From the NCBI GenBank assembly GCA_051530055.1, contig CM121342.1:7200691-7264690 (forward strand): a stretch of 64,000 bases of DNA, written 5' to 3'. Shown here in pieces: positions 59,471-64,000 of the stretch (the stretch's first letter is position 1; every line of letters starts with the position of its first letter). The notes beneath the pieces were generated by a model. The model searched no databases, was not told the DNA's origin, and was given only the letters and a program-made list of their open reading frames with translations. The position numbers were made by a program, and so were the translations under genes. This DNA comes from Neoechinorhynchus agilis (Eukaryota; Animalia; Acanthocephala).

Positions 59471-59779
59471 CCGCTTCCTTGAACCAGATCGGTGGGCTGT
59501 GTACCCAAGCAATAAAATTATCAGCCGTGAAAAAGGCCACACTTAGACATGAAATATTTTTTATTAGTATTTTAAAATAATACATACAATCGCCGATTGA
59601 AAATTTATGGATCAGATAGTGTTTCATAACACTTTATAATCCATTGTTCAATAATATCAGCGTCGTTTAGACTAGATCAACGCACAATTATCAAATCTGT
59701 GTTTTTTATTAGTATTAATTTGCTCCCTTTCTTGTGTGAATAAGTCGGAGCGATTCTCGGTTCCAAAGGTAAGTGAATA

Positions 59780-60328
59780 ATGGCTCCTTTACAAGTTATT
59801 CTCTATCTGGCTATCATTGCTTTAACTTCGGCTCGTTCGAAATATGGAAAATCAGTCACGTTGTGTTGCTTTGATCCATGCGAATGCCCAATGGAATGCT
59901 CAACGGAATGCCCAATGAAATGCCCAAGGAAATGCCCACCGGAATGTCCATGTGAGCCATGCCCGTGTCCGGTGGATACATGCTGCCTTTGCCCATGTCC
60001 GGCTCCTCCGTTCGAATGCGCTCCAGAGAGAAAATACAACAAATGTTGCGTTATCGATATTCCCAGTCAGACTTGTCCAATTCCAATTCCATGCGGATAT
60101 GTGAAACCAAAGCCACCAAGGAAAATCGTAGTGAGAAGACCGTGCCCAGTGCCAAGACCATGCCCGAGACCAATTCCTGTGCTTCCATGCAGTATTGAAT
60201 ACGTTCCAGCTACTCCATTCCCTTGCCCGGAAAGACCATTGATGTGTGCCGAGCAATACGGATACCAATGTCCGCCGAATCCGTGCTCTGTGTGCTGCTG
60301 CAAGGACGAATGCTGTCGTCCATGTTAA
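59780..60328 (+). CDS. Secreted Cys/Pro-rich structural protein, 182 aa
   Basis: Hydrophobic N-terminus (MAPLQVILYLAIIALTSA), ~34 Cys, CPxx tetrapeptide repeats, no stops, AATAAA at ~60394. Confidence 0.85.
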   Translation: MAPLQVILYLAIIALTSARSKYGKSVTLCCFDPCECPMECSTECPMKCPRKCPPECPCEPCPCPVDTCCLCPCPAPPFECAPERKYNKCCVIDIPSQTCPIPIPCGYVKPKPPRKIVVRRPCPVPRPCPRPIPVLPCSIEYVPATPFPCPERPLMCAEQYGYQCPPNPCSVCCCKDECCRPC

Positions 60329-61205
60329 ATGAAACTGGACAACGGGTATAGTTTTATTCATCTTAGTATTAGACTAGCTTAGTATTTAAAGAAAATAAAC
60401 AATCCAGCATTTTTTTGGGGGTGCATGAAATCGGTTTCCACATCCGTCGTATCCTATATGCATCTCCGTTTAGAAATCTAGTTTTTTTCCAATATGCTTA
60501 AATGAATAAAGTTCCCATAGATAAAATTATTCTAAGCAAACTCCGGCACGATTCCACCTTTTAATTTTACTCGCAGTTGGAGAATGTAAAGTGGTTTTAT
60601 TTGGGTTTCATAGCATAAAATTCCAGTCGTTTCAAAAAGGATTGTGAAAAACACCTCTTTGCGTGTTTTGAATGAGGGCATTTAAGTTGTCGAAAAGTTC
60701 TTTAACCTACGACTCTCGTCTTTTCAAGAGTTTGATTGCTCATTGACCTTTCAAGTAGTTTTCAAATAAGCGTAAATGAATGAATCTATTTGGTTTTTGA
60801 CATTGCAAATGGCCTAATAGAAGTACGATCGTAAATCAAAGAAACGCAACAAATGTTTGACATTGAACGATATTTTTCCATGACACTACTGCGTATAAGT
60901 CTTTAAAAAGGAGAAAGGAACTTGTGTGTGTAAGCGATAAGTGTGTATGAATGTGCGTTGTATATTCTCCGTATTCGGTAACCCAGCTTTCCTTTCTCTA
61001 GTGCTCGTTTTCTAGTGCACCAGCATTTAGAAGCATCGTCTTATGTTCTTTGTAAATTTGCTGCGTTATGCTCGTTTCCACATCCAAACTCCGCTTTGCT
61101 GAAGTCGTAGAACAAACGGGAAGCATACACTTTTATTGATTCTCTTCTCTTTTTGTCACAAGTCCGAAGCTTGAAAGGAAAAAGCGGAACCAATCAAACC
61201 GAATA

Positions 61206-62865
61206 ATGTCCGTCGACCACGCTTTCCTGGACGTTCTCCGCAACAAAAATCACGCTGCCAAACGAGAAGCCATGCAAGGTGGAATCTATGTTGTCTCACA
61301 TCAATCTACTCCAACTGATCTGGGAATTATGGTCCGCAGAATCACGAAATGCGCCGGTGTTAATCTGGAAATTATCCGGGACTCAATACCATGCTTTGTC
61401 TATTTTGTTGTATGCGCTCACAACTCCAACAGCTTCGACCGAACTGTTCAAATCATTTGCGAAACATGCAATGGAGCTGGGTTTTTATTCACAATCGAAC
61501 AATTCATTGTCATCTGGGAGTGCCTTAATGTCGTGATCCCTTATTTTAAAGACTCTCAAACCAATAGACAATTTCAAATTGAAAGATACACATTTCTGTT
61601 TAATACTCAGTTACATGTAGAAAATCGCAACGTTAGTTCGAGAAATGCCCGCTTTAGGTTAGAGGACCGTCGAAATGCACCAAATAGAATCACGCCGATT
61701 AAATCCATAACCAAATAATCGTTCATCTGTAGGCGACCGTTTTTGAACTTTGTGCACAAAAAGGAACCACGATTATATGCGACATTCCGGAAATAAATGG
61801 ATGAGCGCAGTTAATGATAATGGAAACCTTGAATTCAAATCTGCGACATATGATAAACATTTCAACAGTCCTTTAGAGTCAACCTTTGACACTGATTACT
61901 ATAGACGATTGTTTAATTATTATTATAATTCTTACAACATGGCTCATAACATAAATCCAAGCGAAACACCAATAAGAGACCCTGCGATTATAACTGCAAT
62001 TGAGAGTTCTACAAACTTGAGACAATCGGTGAGCGATTTATGAGCACATTTCGTCGATTACACGATTGCTTTTGTTAAAAAAAGGTCGATCCGATGGTTC
62101 ATCCAACTCCACAGTCACCGGTCTATCATCATCATCAACAACAACAAGCCGCCAATGGTGGATTTATCATTCCAAACGACGAAAAACTTAAAGACCTTCT
62201 CATCAATTATAATTTGATCTTTAAAGCGAAGTATTTGAAGGAGTTACCTGGTGGTGTGATCGATGGAATCAAGACATCAACTCTAACAGATTTACTTCAC
62301 TTTTACAACCGAGAGGATAAAACAGATTTATTTCTAATTGCCGGGCTTCCCGATGGATGCCATGGTGCAATCAAGCAGCTGCACCAAATCTACGGCAGAT
62401 CAGGAATTGTATATACCACAAAGCAATACTTTGAACTGCTCAAAAGCAAAAAACAAACACAAAGGCCCGTTTCCATTTCCGTAGTTCCATCGTATTTCGA
62501 TCGATGCTGTTCGTCGCAGTTAGTAATGTATTTCCAATGTCGCTTTCTACCCAATTTTTTCATTTTAATTCAGAAATCTCAGCAGCTCTGATGAACGCGA
62601 TGAAGCGACCTACGTTATGGGATCCATCTACAGACCAAGGAGTGTAATAATCCCCCCATGCGATCCATTAAGCTACATAAACGAACTGCCGCCTCGACCT
62701 TGTACATCATATCATTCATTTCGAAGACGACCTGCATTAGTCCATAAGGTATTGATTTTTTTTAAATAATTATTCCTTCGATAGAAAAGGCGAATGATGG
62801 ACGATCATGTGGCCACCATTCGAATGCCACCTCAAGATCCACAGGATCCATTCCAAAGTCCGTAG
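61206..62865 (+). CDS. Uncharacterised 5-exon gene: join(61206..61657,61764..62028,62085..62518,62574..62748,62785..62865), 468 aa; may extend upstream
   Basis: Three ORF-track ORFs and two further exons join in frame through GT-AG introns of 106, 56, 55 and 36 nt. Has an H/Q-rich stretch and a weakly SAM-like segment. The first intron is the least certain. Confidence 0.55.
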
Positions 62866-63188
62866 CAAATTCCTCGGATATATTCGACACGCAATGTCCT
62901 CGCCCATCGAAATCATCGCGTAGATATTCAATTTTTGAACTTCTGAGCAGGTACCGTACAGCGGCCTCAAAAGCATATCCGCCTGACTGGGACTATCTCG
63001 TTACTGTATGTCCAAATATATTCACATATGTAAGATATTCAAAGTTTCTTTAATCCGATTAGAATTTTCTATTAGGATTTCATTCAAGAAAGGATTGACA
63101 AATATTTGAATTATTGGGATTTGGAGGAGTACTAAGGATAAACTTGACTTAAAGGAAGATTACTTTGACGTCGTCTAAAAAGACTAGA

Positions 63189-64000
63189 ATGAGCTAAAAT
63201 GGAATAAATACATTTTCGGAGTGTAATGTGCTTTGTTGCCATTTGGATTTTTTTTCTGATATCAACAAATCGAAATTGAGTTAAAATCGTCTCGAGATAT
63301 TAGATTACCATTTCGAGCTTTGTACAATATTGTAACAAATTGATAATGCGCTGGGAAAATCGAAAAAGGATTTGATGTTTATACAAATCGACGAATACTA
63401 ATCTATCCGTTTTCGATAATTAACGATTATGAGCTAAAATGGAATAAATACATTTTCGGAGTGTAATGTGCTTTGTTGCCATTTGGATTTTTTTTCTGAT
63501 ATCAACAAATCGAAATTGAGTTAAAATCGTCTCGAGATATTAGATTACCATTTCGAGCTTTGTACAATATTGTAACAAATTGATAATGCGCTGGGAAAAT
63601 CGAAAAAGGATTTGATGTTTATACAAATCGACGAATACTAATCTATCCGTTTTCGATAATTAACGATTATGAGCTAAAATGGAATAAATACATTTTCGGA
63701 GTGTAATGTGCTTTGTTGCCATTTGGATTTTTTTTCTGATATCAACAAATCGAAATTGAGTTAAAATCGTCTCGAGATATTAGATTACCATTTCGAGCTT
63801 TGTACAATATTGTAACAAATTGATAATGCGCTGGGAAAATCGAAAAAGGATTTGATGTTTATACAAATCGACGAATACTAATCTATCCGTTTTCGATAAT
63901 TAACGATTATGAGCTAAAATGGAATAAATACATTTTCGGAGTGTAATGTGCTTTGTTGCCATTTGGATTTTTTTTTTGATATCAACAAATCGAAATTGAG
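63189..64000. repeat. 240-bp tandem repeat, at least 3.4 near-identical copies, running off the window end
   Basis: ATGAGCTAAAATGG at 63189, 63429, 63669 and 63909. Confidence 0.98.

Noticed and set aside
59803-60361. His/Gly- and Trp-rich minus-strand ORFs
   Set aside because: Antisense shadows of the Cys/Pro-rich CDS.
61207-61536. p53-family DNA-binding domain in the alternative frame (SWTFS..KPCKV), and a DnaJ CxxCxGxG motif (CETCNGAG) in the main frame
   Set aside because: No splice or start entry into that frame, and no zinc ligands or RICACPGRD motif. A single CxxCxGxG is not a DnaJ zinc finger.

Overview
Repeat-dominated genomic DNA from an invertebrate animal: it contains an innexin, has short GT-AG introns (36-106 nt in the models I could build) and has no prokaryotic features. 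Host genes: a 5'-partial gene with two TFIIS-N-like repeats, an E/K-rich ORF pair, an intronless innexin, a 4-exon MRPL17 missed by the ORF track, FCF1, a secreted Cys/Pro-rich protein and a 5-exon unknown gene. The remainder is decayed retroelements (CRE/RLE-type, APE-type LINEs, RTE, L2-like, Penelope-like GIY-YIG, Ty3/Gypsy) and five tandem arrays with 146, 428, 302, ~184 and 240 bp monomers. The 146-bp satellite alone covers ~16 kb. The most interesting signal is a ~140-nt module present in five diverged copies. It consists of tRNA-like A/B boxes followed by all hammerhead-ribozyme core elements (GGGAC-GAAA, CUGAUGA-GUCCC, AUC) in a non-circularly-permuted order, with compensatory changes in its helices. 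One copy sits in the predicted R region of a Gypsy LTR. Two more sit in direct repeats ~1.09 kb apart that enclose non-coding DNA, which is a retrozyme-like architecture. All calls come from reading the sequence by eye; no searches or folding programs were run.
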